64,000 nucleotides of DNA from an uncultured Anaerolineaceae bacterium (GCA_964626755.1 CAZVGO010000028.1:28702-92701), one strand, 5' to 3'; positions 36,674 to 46,441 are shown, counted from the stretch's first letter. Notes: a model not told the origin generated them from the sequence alone. A program made the numbers and translations.

Positions 36674-39577
36674 CTACCCCTCCGGCGCCTCGAGCTCCCC
36701 CGGATCGGCAAATGCCGTCGCCCCGTGGGCGGCTCCGGCGGCGGCCATCGCCTCCCGGTAGACCGCGATCGCGTCGTCGACGCACATGACCACGAGATCG
36801 CCCGGCTTCGCCCGCCGGAGCGCCGTCCGGACGGCCGTGATCTCCTCGAGGACCTTCTCCGCCTTCGTCGTCCGTGCGCCGGCGTTGCCCCGCGCCGCCC
36901 GGACTCCTTCGACGACGTTCGTCGCGGAGACCCCCGGGGCGCGGCCGCGGAGGTTCTTGTCCTCGCGGACGATGATCTCGTCGAACGCCGCGGCGGCGAG
37001 CGCCCCGTACTCGCGCTGGTCGTCGTCGCGCCGGTCGCCCGGGATCCCGATCACGCCGATCGCCCGCCCATTGCCGGCCGAGCCGTTCGTCGCCGGCTTG
37101 ATCCGGCCGGCCGCCGTCTGTGGCTCGGCCATCATCCGCCGGACGAACTCCGCGAGCTGGCGCATCCCGTCGACGTTGTGGCAGTAGTCGATCACGACCC
37201 GAACCCCGCCCACGTCGACCAGGTTGAGCCGCCCGGGCGCCTGGAAGAACGAGGTCGTGAACGTCCGGAGGCCCTGCCGGATGTCGTGGAGATGGGCGCC
37301 CGCGGCCCAGGCGGCCGCAGCCGCGGCCAGGGCGTTCGCGACGTTCATCCGCGCCTTGCCACCGAACGTGGCCGGCGCTAGGTGGGTGTAGAGAACAGGC
37401 ATCTTGCGCGGGCCGTGCTTGAGGACGATCAGCTCCCCCTCCGGCGTGGCCTCGAGGCAGAACGCCGCGTTGCCCCGGCTCGTGTGGCCGTCGACCCGAT
37501 CGAACCCGTCCTCGCCCTTCTGCGTCGCCATGCTGAACAGGACGACTCGACCTGCACAGTGGCGGCCCATCCGGTAGACGTGCGGGTCGTCGGCGTTGAG
37601 CACGGCCGTGCCGGACCGCGGCACCGCCTCGACGACGACCGCCTTGACGTTCGCGAGCTGGCCGAGCGAATCGATCCCCCCGAGTCCGAGGTGATCGCCG
37701 GTGACATTCGTCACGACCGCGACGTCGTTCCGGTCGTAGCCGAGCCCCTCGCGCAGGATCCCGCCCCGGGCGACCTCGAACACCGCGGTGTCGACGGTCG
37801 GGTTCTGGAGAACCATCTGGGCCGACTTCGGGCCGGACATGTCGCCCCGCTTGATGAGCCGTCCGTCGACGACGATCCCGTCGGTCGACGTCATCCCGAC
37901 CCGCCTGCCCATGAGCTTGAGGATGTGGCTGATCATCCGGACCGTCGTCGTCTTGCCGTTCGTGCCGGTCACCGCCAGGATCGGGATTCGGGCCGCCGTT
38001 CCGGGCGGGAACAGCAGGTCGATCACCGGCCGGGCGACGTACTGCGGCTCGCCCTCGGTGGGATGGGTGTGCATCCGGAACCCGGGCGCGGCGTTGACCT
38101 CGACGATTCCGCCGCCCGTCTCGCGAACGGGTGAGGCGATGTCCGGTGCGATGAAGTCGATCCCCGCGACGTCGAGGCCGACGATCCGGGCGGCCGTCTC
38201 GGCGATCTCGACGTTGTCCGGGTGGGCCTCGATGGTCCGGTCGATCGAGGTGCCGCCGGTCGACATGTTGCCGGTGAGCGCGAGCTTGATCCGGATTCCC
38301 GCGGGGGGCACGTCGTCGAGCCCGAAGCCCTGGGCGCGGAGGAGCTCCTGGGCCGCCTCGTCCACCTTGATCCGGGTGAGGACCTTCTCGTGCCCGATCC
38401 CCCGGCGCGGATCGGCGTTCGCGATGTCGACGAGCTGGCGAACCGTGTGCTCGCCGTCGCCGGTCACGCTGGCCGGCACCCGCTCGGCCATCGCGGCGAG
38501 CTTGCCGCCGATGACCAGGCAGCGGTAGTCGTTGCCCGCGACGTATGTCTCGACGACCACATCGCCCGCCTGGCTCTGGGCGGCGGCGCCGGGGAATGCC
38601 TTGCGGACCGCCTCCTCCGAGCGGAGGTCGAGATGGACGCCCCGGCCGTGGTTGCCGTCGAGAGGCTTGACGACGCACGGGAAGCCAATTCGCTTGGCGG
38701 CGGCGACCGCTCCCTCCTCCGATGAAACGACCGCCGACTTCGGGACCGGCAGGCCGGCCGAATCGAGGAGCCGATTCGTCAGGCCCTTGTCCGACGCGAT
38801 GTCGACCCCGATCGCGGACGTTCGCGAGGTCATCGTCGCGCGGAGCCGCTGCTGGTGGACGCCCTGCCCCAGCTGGACGAGCGAGTGGCGGTCGAGGCGG
38901 ATGTACGGGATGTCGCGGCTGACCGCCTCGTCGATGATCGCCTGGGTCGACGGCCCGAACGCCTGGCGCTCGGCGAGGAGGATGAGCCGCTCGAGCTCGG
39001 CGATGAGGTCGATGGTGTAGGCGGGATCGTTCGGCGCGACGAGGTGGTTGATGAGCGCGACCGCCATCCGGCCGGCCTCGATCCCGACGTTCTCCTCGCG
39101 GTACTCGTAGATGACGTTGTACTGGCCGTGGTCACCGGTCGAGCGGGTCTTGCCGTGGCGGACGTTCGTGCCGGCGAGGTTCTGGAGCTCGAGCGCGATG
39201 TGCTCGGCGATGTGCCCGGCCCACGTGCCCTCCTTGAGCCGGCTGATGAAGCCGCCCCGCCGGCCGAGCGAGCAGGCGTGGTCCTCGAGCGACGGCAGGA
39301 GCTCGACGAGTGCCTCGGTGAAGCCCGGGATGAGGTTCGAGGGGAACTCCTCGAGCACCCCGAGGTCGACGAGCATCCGGATGACCTGCTCGCGCGCCCA
39401 GTAGTTCGGGCCCCTGAGGCTCCGCGCCTCGATGATCCGGAGGGTCGGCTCAGGGCGGACGCTCTTCGGGCGCCGTTCCGGGCCGCTCCATCGGGCGTCC
39501 GCGTTCGAGAGGGCCGCAGCAGGGGTGGCGGGCGCGGCCTTCCGCTTCGACCGGGGCGGAGGCACGGTCTGGGCCAC
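36674..39577 (-). CDS. cphA: Cyanophycin synthetase (CphA1 type)
   Basis: N domain with HAC...GHIAEHIALELQ, ATP-grasp (FGPSTQAI, VVKPLDGNHGRGV, EVNAAPG) and Mur domain (TGTNGKTTT, EVARGGIL, DYCHN). Confidence 0.96.
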   Translation of the reverse strand: MAQTVPPPRSKRKAAPATPAAALSNADARWSGPERRPKSVRPEPTLRIIEARSLRGPNYWAREQVIRMLVDLGVLEEFPSNLIPGFTEALVELLPSLEDHACSLGRRGGFISRLKEGTWAGHIAEHIALELQNLAGTNVRHGKTRSTGDHGQYNVIYEYREENVGIEAGRMAVALINHLVAPNDPAYTIDLIAELERLILLAERQAFGPSTQAIIDEAVSRDIPYIRLDRHSLVQLGQGVHQQRLRATMTSRTSAIGVDIASDKGLTNRLLDSAGLPVPKSAVVSSEEGAVAAAKRIGFPCVVKPLDGNHGRGVHLDLRSEEAVRKAFPGAAAQSQAGDVVVETYVAGNDYRCLVIGGKLAAMAERVPASVTGDGEHTVRQLVDIANADPRRGIGHEKVLTRIKVDEAAQELLRAQGFGLDDVPPAGIRIKLALTGNMSTGGTSIDRTIEAHPDNVEIAETAARIVGLDVAGIDFIAPDIASPVRETGGGIVEVNAAPGFRMHTHPTEGEPQYVARPVIDLLFPPGTAARIPILAVTGTNGKTTTVRMISHILKLMGRRVGMTSTDGIVVDGRLIKRGDMSGPKSAQMVLQNPTVDTAVFEVARGGILREGLGYDRNDVAVVTNVTGDHLGLGGIDSLGQLANVKAVVVEAVPRSGTAVLNADDPHVYRMGRHCAGRVVLFSMATQKGEDGFDRVDGHTSRGNAAFCLEATPEGELIVLKHGPRKMPVLYTHLAPATFGGKARMNVANALAAAAAAWAAGAHLHDIRQGLRTFTTSFFQAPGRLNLVDVGGVRVVIDYCHNVDGMRQLAEFVRRMMAEPQTAAGRIKPATNGSAGNGRAIGVIGIPGDRRDDDQREYGALAAAAFDEIIVREDKNLRGRAPGVSATNVVEGVRAARGNAGARTTKAEKVLEEITAVRTALRRAKPGDLVVMCVDDAIAVYREAMAAAGAAHGATAFADPGELEAPEG

Positions 39578-39661
39578 GATTCACTCCTCGGCAGGGCGCA
39601 GTGGCGGGAGTGTACGTCGATTTGTGGCGCTCGCGGTCACCCGCCACCGGGTGCTCTTCGC

Positions 39662-39820
39662 GTGACTGGCAGTCAACAAACCGGCGGGAAGGTTCGCTGT
39701 CCGCCTCCAGGATGGCCCGCGGGGCCACTTTTCGAGCCACTTGGTGTCTCTGAGTCACGGATCAGCGCCCAGAGGACGCGTCTTCGGCCGTCAGGTCCCG
39801 ATTTGTTGACTGTGAGACAC
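39662..39820. repeat. ~160-bp three-site inverted-repeat element, copy B
   Basis: GTGACTGGCAGTCAA-CAAACCGG (39662), GTGTCTCTGAGTCAC (39744) and CGATTTG-TTGACTGTGAGACAC (39806). Confidence 0.85.
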
Positions 39821-39837
39821 GGCCCCGGAGCGGGCCC

Positions 39838-40779
39838 TCAGTTCGAGGCGGCCCCGCCGGGCAGGGCGTGGAGCGCGGGGGTGGCGATCCGATGGCGGCG
39901 CCGGAGGTCGAACCGGTACCCGGACGGGAGCGAGTGGAGCACGACCCCGCTGATCATCAGCGGGCGGTGGCCCTTCACCTCCCAGGCGTCGGTTTCCGAG
40001 CCCGAGCCGTCCACGACCGTGATGCTGCCCCGCCCGATGACCTCGAGCTGGTGATCCGGGCCGACGACCCCGGCCGTGTCCTCGTCGACCCCGATTCCGA
40101 GCAGGCTCGGGTTCTGGGCGATGAGGCTGAGCAGCCGCCCGAGCCGGTTCCGCTGCTGGAAGTGCTGGTCGACGATGACCCCCGGGATCAAGCCGAGGCC
40201 CGCGGAGATCTGGGCCATCCGCTGCTTCGGGGTCGCCCCGGACGCTCCGAACGCGATCATGTGGCTGCTCAGCGCGCTCGCGCCGGCGGATGTGCCGGCG
40301 ACGACGGCGCCGTGCCGGAAGCGCTCGAGGATCGCGTCGGCCAGGCGGGTGCCGCCGATCGTCGAGGCGAGGCGGAGCTGGTTGCCGCCGGTCAGGAAGA
40401 TCCCCGTCGCGTCGCGCAGCAGGAGGGCCGCCGACTCGTCGTTCGCCTGCGGCCGGGTCACCGCGTGGAGCGGCCGAACCCGGCTCACCCCGAGCCCGCC
40501 GAACACCGCCTTGTACCGCTCGCCCGCCTCTGCCCCGAGGGACGACGCGGTCGAGATGACGACGATCGTGGCGTCCGGGCCGCCCGCGAGCGTGACGAAC
40601 CGGTTGAGGATGACCCGGTCGCGGACCTTGTCCTCGGCGCCGCCGATGATGATGACTGACCCTTCGGTCACGAGCGCGCTCGCCTCCGGTTGAACGTGAT
40701 CGAGAGGATACCCGGCCCGGCGTGCGGGCCGCACTGGGTCCATCGTCCCACCCTCGCCACCTGAGCCTCGAGCGGTCAT
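39838..40779 (-). CDS. cphB: Cyanophycinase
   Basis: IIIGGAEDK, TGGNQLRL, AGTSAGAS (catalytic Ser), DQHFQQRNRLGRL and GVDEDT motifs. An alternative ATG lies at 40743. Confidence 0.95.
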   Translation of the reverse strand: MTARGSGGEGGTMDPVRPARRAGYPLDHVQPEASALVTEGSVIIIGGAEDKVRDRVILNRFVTLAGGPDATIVVISTASSLGAEAGERYKAVFGGLGVSRVRPLHAVTRPQANDESAALLLRDATGIFLTGGNQLRLASTIGGTRLADAILERFRHGAVVAGTSAGASALSSHMIAFGASGATPKQRMAQISAGLGLIPGVIVDQHFQQRNRLGRLLSLIAQNPSLLGIGVDEDTAGVVGPDHQLEVIGRGSITVVDGSGSETDAWEVKGHRPLMISGVVLHSLPSGYRFDLRRRHRIATPALHALPGGAASN

Positions 40780-41999
40780 GGCCTCGGGGGTGAGGGGTCC
40801 GGGCCCGCGGCACGCGGCGGTAGTGGCAGCGGGCCGGCGTCGATCCCCTCGGCAGCCTCGAAGTCCTCGAACGCCTCGCCGGTTGCCGGCTCAGGCTCGA
40901 AGAACGTCGTCGCGATCAGGGTCGGCACGATTGCGCTGAGGATGACGACCGTGACGAGGATCGTGTAGGTCGGCTGGTCGATGTGGCCGTTCGTCAGGCC
41001 GTACAGGGCGGCGATCGTGCCGAACGTGAGCCCGGTGGACATGAGCAGCGTCGTGTAATTCGCGTCCCGCGTCGGCAGGCCGAAGGCGCGGGCCGCCGGC
41101 CACACGCCCATCACCTTGGCACCGACTTTGACGGCCAGGTAGAGCCCGATCAGCCCGGCGCCAGCGGCCATTGCCGGGAGCGACACGAGCGAGCCCGCCT
41201 TCAGGAAGTAGAACGGAGTCAGCAGGGAGAACGCCGTGGCCCGCATACGCTGGACGAGCACCCGATCGGCGACGAACACGCCCGCGACCGCCAGGCCGAT
41301 GAGATAGGCGGGCAGGACGGCCTCGCTGCCGGCCACCTGGGCGATGCCGCCGACGGCGAGGAGAACGAGGAACAGGAACTTGATCTCCGGCTCCGACACC
41401 CGACCGGGGACATGGGCAACGAGAAGGCGGGTCAGGCGCGGCACCAGGAGGACCGCGAGGGCCGTCGCCGCGGCAAACCCGATGAGAATCGGGCTGACAT
41501 TTGCGAACAGGAACCCGAGGAACAGGACCGTGCCAAGGTCCGTGACGAAGCAGGCGGCCAGGATCAGCTTGCCGAGCTCCTGGCGGGCGAGCCCCGACTC
41601 AATCATCACGGCGTAGACGACGGCGACCGAGGTGGTCGACAGCGCGAGGCCAGCGATCTCGGAGGCCTCGAGTGACCAACCGAGCCCGAACCTGGCGACA
41701 GCAAAAACAGCCGCAAAGGGCGCGGCGAAGGATACGGCCCCGATCACGAGGCTCGGCCGAAGGTGCCGGCGAAGTGAGTCCGGATCGATCTCGGCCCCGG
41801 CGAGGAACGTGAGGAGGACAGCGCCGAAGGCAGCCAGGAAGTCGATCCAGGGGGTGGTGTGAAGCCCCAGGAAGTTGCCGCCGATGACGCCCATCCCGAT
41901 CTCGACAAGGGCGACCGAGATTCCGATCCGGATCGAGACGAGGCTTGCGAGCAGGGCGAGCCCGATCCACAGGGCAGCCACGAGAAAGTCGTTATCCAC
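40776..41999 (-). CDS. Cation:proton antiporter (CPA2)
   Basis: LLTFLAGAEID, ALSTTSVAVV and ACFVTDLG motifs, with about 12 TM segments. Confidence 0.9.
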   Translation of the reverse strand: MDNDFLVAALWIGLALLASLVSIRIGISVALVEIGMGVIGGNFLGLHTTPWIDFLAAFGAVLLTFLAGAEIDPDSLRRHLRPSLVIGAVSFAAPFAAVFAVARFGLGWSLEASEIAGLALSTTSVAVVYAVMIESGLARQELGKLILAACFVTDLGTVLFLGFLFANVSPILIGFAAATALAVLLVPRLTRLLVAHVPGRVSEPEIKFLFLVLLAVGGIAQVAGSEAVLPAYLIGLAVAGVFVADRVLVQRMRATAFSLLTPFYFLKAGSLVSLPAMAAGAGLIGLYLAVKVGAKVMGVWPAARAFGLPTRDANYTTLLMSTGLTFGTIAALYGLTNGHIDQPTYTILVTVVILSAIVPTLIATTFFEPEPATGEAFEDFEAAEGIDAGPLPLPPRAAGPDPSPPRP

Positions 42000-42043
42000 G
42001 CGAGCACCTCCGGGGGCAGAAGAACGCCCCTGGCTGTCGATCA

Positions 42044-42110
42044 GTCAGGAGCCATCAGCCCAAGGAGGGCGGTTCAGGCGCGGAGCTGCGCCTCGGCGGA
42101 CGCCATCGCC
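42044..42110 (-). promoter_or_regulatory. Fluoride riboswitch (crcB motif)
   Basis: GGCGATGGCGTCCGCC...TGAACCGCCC..GGGCTGATGGCTCCTGA matches the consensus GGCGAUGGNGUUCGCC..AACCGC..GCUGAUGRCUCCU. It lies just downstream of a promoter and upstream of an antiporter. Confidence 0.88.
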
Positions 42111-42119
42111 GGCGTTGCG

Positions 42120-42148
42120 AGCGTACGGTCGGGGGGACGATCGGTCAA
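42120..42148 (-). promoter_or_regulatory. Sigma70-type promoter driving the riboswitch leader
   Basis: TTGACC-N17-TACGCT, 10 nt before the riboswitch 5' end. Confidence 0.8.
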
Positions 42149-42255
42149 TCCTCGCTGTCGCCGAACCGCCGCGAACCCGTGTGACAATCGGCGGCGTGGA
42201 ACCGCCGCTCCGCGATCCCGCTCGTCGAAGGACCCGGCGGGTTCCCATACCGCCA

Positions 42256-43149
42256 ATGCCGGATCCGGCGAGCCTCGTGGGAGCCCCGACGCGGCGTCGC
42301 GCCGGCGTCTTTCGGCGTGCCCTCCGGCGCGAGGCGTCCCGATTGAGGGACCGGCGGCGGATCGCGGCGATGGCAATCCTCATCGTCGTGTTCGGGGTCG
42401 TGGCCGCCGGGCTCGCCGCCCGCGGTGAGCTCAGCGGCGCGGACGCCCGGGCGTACTGGGCAGGGGTCCGGATCTGGCTGAGCGGCGGGGATCCATACCA
42501 CCCGACCGGCCCGTTCCTCCCCTACGTCTATGCCCCCTGGATGCTCCCCCTCTTCACGCCGTGGGCGCTCCTGCCGTGGGACGTCGCGTGGGTCGTCTGG
42601 CGAGGAGCCACGATCCTCCTGCTGCTCTGGACCATCGACTGGGCATATCGCCGCCGGCCGCTCGAAACGGCGCTCATCGCCGTGTTCCTCGCCTTCCCGG
42701 TCGCGGCCAACCTCGACACCGGCAACGTCACGCTGCTCCTCGCGCTCGCGGTCTGGTACGCGCAGTTCAGCAGGCCGCGGCTGGCCGGGCTGTTGTGGGG
42801 CCTCGCGACGTGGATGAAGTGGGCCCCGGCGCCGCTGTGGCTCGTCCTCGCTCCGCGGGCGCGGGCGTGGGGCCTCGTCTGGCTCGGTCTCTCTGCGTTG
42901 CTCTCGCTCGCGACGCTGCCACTCACGATCGTCCAGTTCCAGGCGCTGTTCGGGTTCGGGGCGCGGCCGATCCGGCTCGACTACCTCGTGCTGCTCTGGC
43001 CGCTGGTGCCGTACCTGTGGCGACGCGAGGAGCCGCTCGGGTTCCTGCGGCCGTCGGCCTGGCGAGCGTTCGCGGGCCGGGTACGTGAGGCGGTCGCCCG
43101 GCGGGAGGTTTCCGACCGGGTCCGCGCCTTCCTCGGCCTGGGCGCCTGA
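42256..43149 (+). CDS. GT87/DUF2029 family membrane glycosyltransferase
   Basis: GADARAYWAG, PYVYAPWMLPLF, NLDTGNV and ATWMKWAP motifs. The start is uncertain. Confidence 0.8.
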   Translation: MPDPASLVGAPTRRRAGVFRRALRREASRLRDRRRIAAMAILIVVFGVVAAGLAARGELSGADARAYWAGVRIWLSGGDPYHPTGPFLPYVYAPWMLPLFTPWALLPWDVAWVVWRGATILLLLWTIDWAYRRRPLETALIAVFLAFPVAANLDTGNVTLLLALAVWYAQFSRPRLAGLLWGLATWMKWAPAPLWLVLAPRARAWGLVWLGLSALLSLATLPLTIVQFQALFGFGARPIRLDYLVLLWPLVPYLWRREEPLGFLRPSAWRAFAGRVREAVARREVSDRVRAFLGLGA

Positions 43150-43152
43150 GCG

Positions 43153-44520
43153 TCAGGCGGGGGCGTCCCGCGCAGCCCGCGGCGGCTCTACCACCGGACG
43201 GAAGAGGATGAGCGCGACGCCGTAGAGCGCGACACCGGTGAGGAACGCGACGCGCGGACCAACGTCCAGCGAGCCTGTCGACGTGTTCACGGCGTCGATG
43301 ATCAGGCCGCCGACCGCGACGGACAGCGGGGTCGAGGCACCGGTCGCGACGTTCGAAAGGCCCATGTACCGCCCCGCGTCGGCCTTCGGGATGATGTCGG
43401 TCATCAGGGCCCAGTCGACCGACAGGAACATTCCGGCAGACCCCCCAAAGAGCGCGGCACCGACGAGGGCGAAGTCGACCGTCGGGGCGAGGGCCACGAT
43501 CGTCACCCCGACCGCCCCGATCGCGCAGGCGGCGTAGATCACCGGTTTTCGGCCGATTCGGTCGGAGGCGCGCGCGGCCGGGATGATCGCAATGACATTG
43601 GCGACGATGACCACGACCAGCATCGCGAGGTAGAGCTGGTTGGCGGCGGCCTGGCCGAGGCGGTGGGTGAACTCGAGGTAGACCAGCGCGAGATTGACGA
43701 GGATGCCGCCGCCCATGAGGAAGAACAGGCGCGAAGCGACGAGGTAGACGTACGAGCGCTCCTTGAGGATGTCGGTCGCCCACGCCTCGCGGGCGATCCT
43801 CCCCCAGGACCTCCCGCCGCGCGGCTTGGGTGGCTGCCCCTCGCCCACGTTGCGGACCACGCTGACCATCGTCACGAGCTCGACGACGGCGATCGCGATC
43901 AGCGCGAGCGGCAGGTAGTCGGCCGGCGGGCGGCCTTCCAGCGTGGCCGCGGCGCGCTCGGCGGCCGTGAGGCTGGCCGCGAGCGAGGCAATTCCAAAGC
44001 CGATGACGTTGCCGAGGATCTGCATGAGGCCGACCATCGCGCTGGCCAGGCCGACCTGCCGGCTCGGCACGAGGTCCGGCACATACCCCTGGAATGGGCC
44101 GCGCGCGATGTTCGTGCTGAACGCCAGAAGGACGACGAAGGCCGCAATTGCGAGGAGCGTGTTCGAGTAGGCGATCCCGAGGAGGAAAACGACGTCGAGC
44201 AGTGAGCCGATGACGATCCACGGCTTGCGCCGGCCCCAGCGACTCACCGTGTAGTCGCTGATCGCCCCGACCGTCGGCTGGATGATGATCCCGACGATCG
44301 CCCCACCCACGCCGACGAGGAAGAGCGTTCGACCCACTTCGAGCGCGGGAACCCAGCCCTCGTACAGGATCCGGTTCTGGACGACGAGGCCGACGGCGGC
44401 GTCGATCGCGGTCAGGCCCAGCCAGTAGGCGGAGATCCGGGCGAGGTGGGCGAAGGGCAGCGCCGCGGTGGGTCTGCCGCGGGCATCCGTGCCGTCGAGG
44501 ACGGCCGCTTGGGTTGTCAG
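43153..44520 (-). CDS. MFS transporter (apparent CTG start)
   Basis: GAISDYTVSRWGRRKPWI and ASDRIGRKPV motifs. The N-terminus collinear with paralog 45095..46441 needs CTG at 44520, which has a GAGGAG SD. Confidence 0.88.
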   Translation of the reverse strand: MTTQAAVLDGTDARGRPTAALPFAHLARISAYWLGLTAIDAAVGLVVQNRILYEGWVPALEVGRTLFLVGVGGAIVGIIIQPTVGAISDYTVSRWGRRKPWIVIGSLLDVVFLLGIAYSNTLLAIAAFVVLLAFSTNIARGPFQGYVPDLVPSRQVGLASAMVGLMQILGNVIGFGIASLAASLTAAERAAATLEGRPPADYLPLALIAIAVVELVTMVSVVRNVGEGQPPKPRGGRSWGRIAREAWATDILKERSYVYLVASRLFFLMGGGILVNLALVYLEFTHRLGQAAANQLYLAMLVVVIVANVIAIIPAARASDRIGRKPVIYAACAIGAVGVTIVALAPTVDFALVGAALFGGSAGMFLSVDWALMTDIIPKADAGRYMGLSNVATGASTPLSVAVGGLIIDAVNTSTGSLDVGPRVAFLTGVALYGVALILFRPVVEPPRAARDAPA

Positions 44521-44539
44521 GGTGGGGCCCTCCTCGTTC

Positions 44540-45070
44540 CTACGGCGTGATCGAATTCGCGCATTGCCGGTTGGACCCGTCGGCCGCGCCCAATCCGGCC
44601 GCGCGACCGGACTCGATCATCGCGAACCAGGCTTCAAGCCCACCCGCCTGCTCGAAGGCGGCCTGTGGATCGACGGCATTCGGCACGCTCTTCGCGACCG
44701 CGAGCTTCGCGGCAGTGCCGACTTCAAAGGCAGCGAGCACCCGGTCGAACTCGACCATCATGGCGGTCCGCGGCGCCCATCCGCGGGCAACGGCGGCCTG
44801 CTCGCGGGCAGCCTTCAGCTCCCTGGCCATCTCAGCCGCCGCCCGCTCCGCGGACGCCACATCGCCGGCCGTCATCGCCGCGTCCAATGCACGGCTGAGG
44901 TCCGAGCCGTTCCCGGTGTCCGGGTTGCCAACCGCCCGGAACAGTCCGTCCCACGCCGCGCAGGCCGCGACGAAATACTCCTCGTACGACGAGGCCAGGC
45001 GGGGTTGCGGCGCGCAGGCCGCCGCTGCAACCGCCACGATCAGCACAACCGCGACACAACGCAGGCGCAA
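44540..45070 (-). CDS. Hypothetical lipoprotein
   Basis: Signal peptide with lipobox-like AAAAC followed by a helical domain. Confidence 0.7.
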   Translation of the reverse strand: MRLRCVAVVLIVAVAAAACAPQPRLASSYEEYFVAACAAWDGLFRAVGNPDTGNGSDLSRALDAAMTAGDVASAERAAAEMARELKAAREQAAVARGWAPRTAMMVEFDRVLAAFEVGTAAKLAVAKSVPNAVDPQAAFEQAGGLEAWFAMIESGRAAGLGAADGSNRQCANSITP

Positions 45071-45094
45071 TTTCTCGCCTCCTTTGCTGACGTT

Positions 45095-46441
45095 TCAGGC
45101 AGGGAGGGGAACGATGACCGCCTGCTCGCCCAGGGGCGGGTCGTCGCGTCGACGTTCGTTGACCGGTCGCAGGAGAAGCGCTCCGATGACGAGGAGCGCA
45201 ACACCGAGAACGAGAGCCGACCGCGGGCCGATGCCAAGTTCCTGCTTGCCACCGATGAAGTCCATGAGGGGCCCCCCGAAGCCGGTGGCCAACACGCCCG
45301 CGGACGCGGTCGCAACGTTGCTCAACCCCATGAACCGGCCCGACGAGGCCTTCGGGATGATGTCGGTCATGAGGGCCCAATCGACGGCCAGGAAGATGCC
45401 CGCCGACACACCGTAGATTGCGACGCCGAGGTAGGCGATCGGGAGCGTCGGCGCGGCGGCCACGATCCCAATCCCTACGGCTCCGATTGCACAGCTCGCG
45501 TAGATCACCTTCTTCCGGCCGAACCTGTCGGACACCCGCGCCGCCGGAACGACCGACACGACGACACACAGGGCGATGATGGCGGAGTTGATGACAATCG
45601 CGCCCGCCGACTCCTCCTGCGAAAGGCCTTGGGAGCGCTTGAAGTAGAAGATCCCGAGATTCACGAGGATGGAGCCACCCGTCAGGATCGCGAGCCGGGA
45701 GCCGACGAGCCACAGGAAGCTTCGCTCGCGGAAGATGTCGGTGCCCCATGCTTCCCGAGCGATCGACAGCCAGGAGCGGCCCGCACGGGGTTTCGGTGTT
45801 CGGCCTTCTCGGACGCCCACGAAGACGGCGACCATCGTCGCGAGCTCGAAAACGCCGAGTGCGATCAGCCCGAGCGCGAACTGGTTCGTCGCCACAGCGA
45901 TCGCCGCGATGGCGGCTCCTGCGACATTACCGAGGATCTGGAAGAGCCCGACCAGGGCGCTCGCGAGGCCGACCTGCTGAGCTGGGACGAGGTCGGGAAC
46001 ATAGCCCTGAAACGGTCCTTGTGCGAAGTTCGAACTGAACTGCAGCAGGCTGATGAACGCCGCAATCGCGAGCAGGTCGTTGGACAGCGCGATCCCGACG
46101 AGGAAGACGACGTCGAGGACCGAGCCGATGAGGATGTACGGCTTGCGGCGTCCCCAGCGGCTGGTCGTGTAGTCGCTGATCGAGCCTATCGTCGGCTGGA
46201 CGATCATCGCGATGATCGCGCCGCCGATGGTCATCAGAAAAAGTGCCCCTCCCGCCTCTCCGGGACCGACCAGGCCGGTGAATTCCAGCCGGCCGGTGAG
46301 GATCACATTCAGGCCGATGAAGATCGAGGACAGGCCCAGCCAGTAGGCGGACATCGCGAGCAGCTGCCGGCGAGGCAGGAGCGTCGTCGGCCGGCCCTGG
46401 GCGTCCGTGACGGGTTCGGAACCCGGTGCGCTGGACTGCAT
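45095..46441 (-). CDS. MFS transporter
   Basis: GSISDYTTSRWGRRKPYI, GPFQGYVPDLVP and VSDRFGRKKV motifs. Confidence 0.92.
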   Translation of the reverse strand: MQSSAPGSEPVTDAQGRPTTLLPRRQLLAMSAYWLGLSSIFIGLNVILTGRLEFTGLVGPGEAGGALFLMTIGGAIIAMIVQPTIGSISDYTTSRWGRRKPYILIGSVLDVVFLVGIALSNDLLAIAAFISLLQFSSNFAQGPFQGYVPDLVPAQQVGLASALVGLFQILGNVAGAAIAAIAVATNQFALGLIALGVFELATMVAVFVGVREGRTPKPRAGRSWLSIAREAWGTDIFRERSFLWLVGSRLAILTGGSILVNLGIFYFKRSQGLSQEESAGAIVINSAIIALCVVVSVVPAARVSDRFGRKKVIYASCAIGAVGIGIVAAAPTLPIAYLGVAIYGVSAGIFLAVDWALMTDIIPKASSGRFMGLSNVATASAGVLATGFGGPLMDFIGGKQELGIGPRSALVLGVALLVIGALLLRPVNERRRDDPPLGEQAVIVPLPA

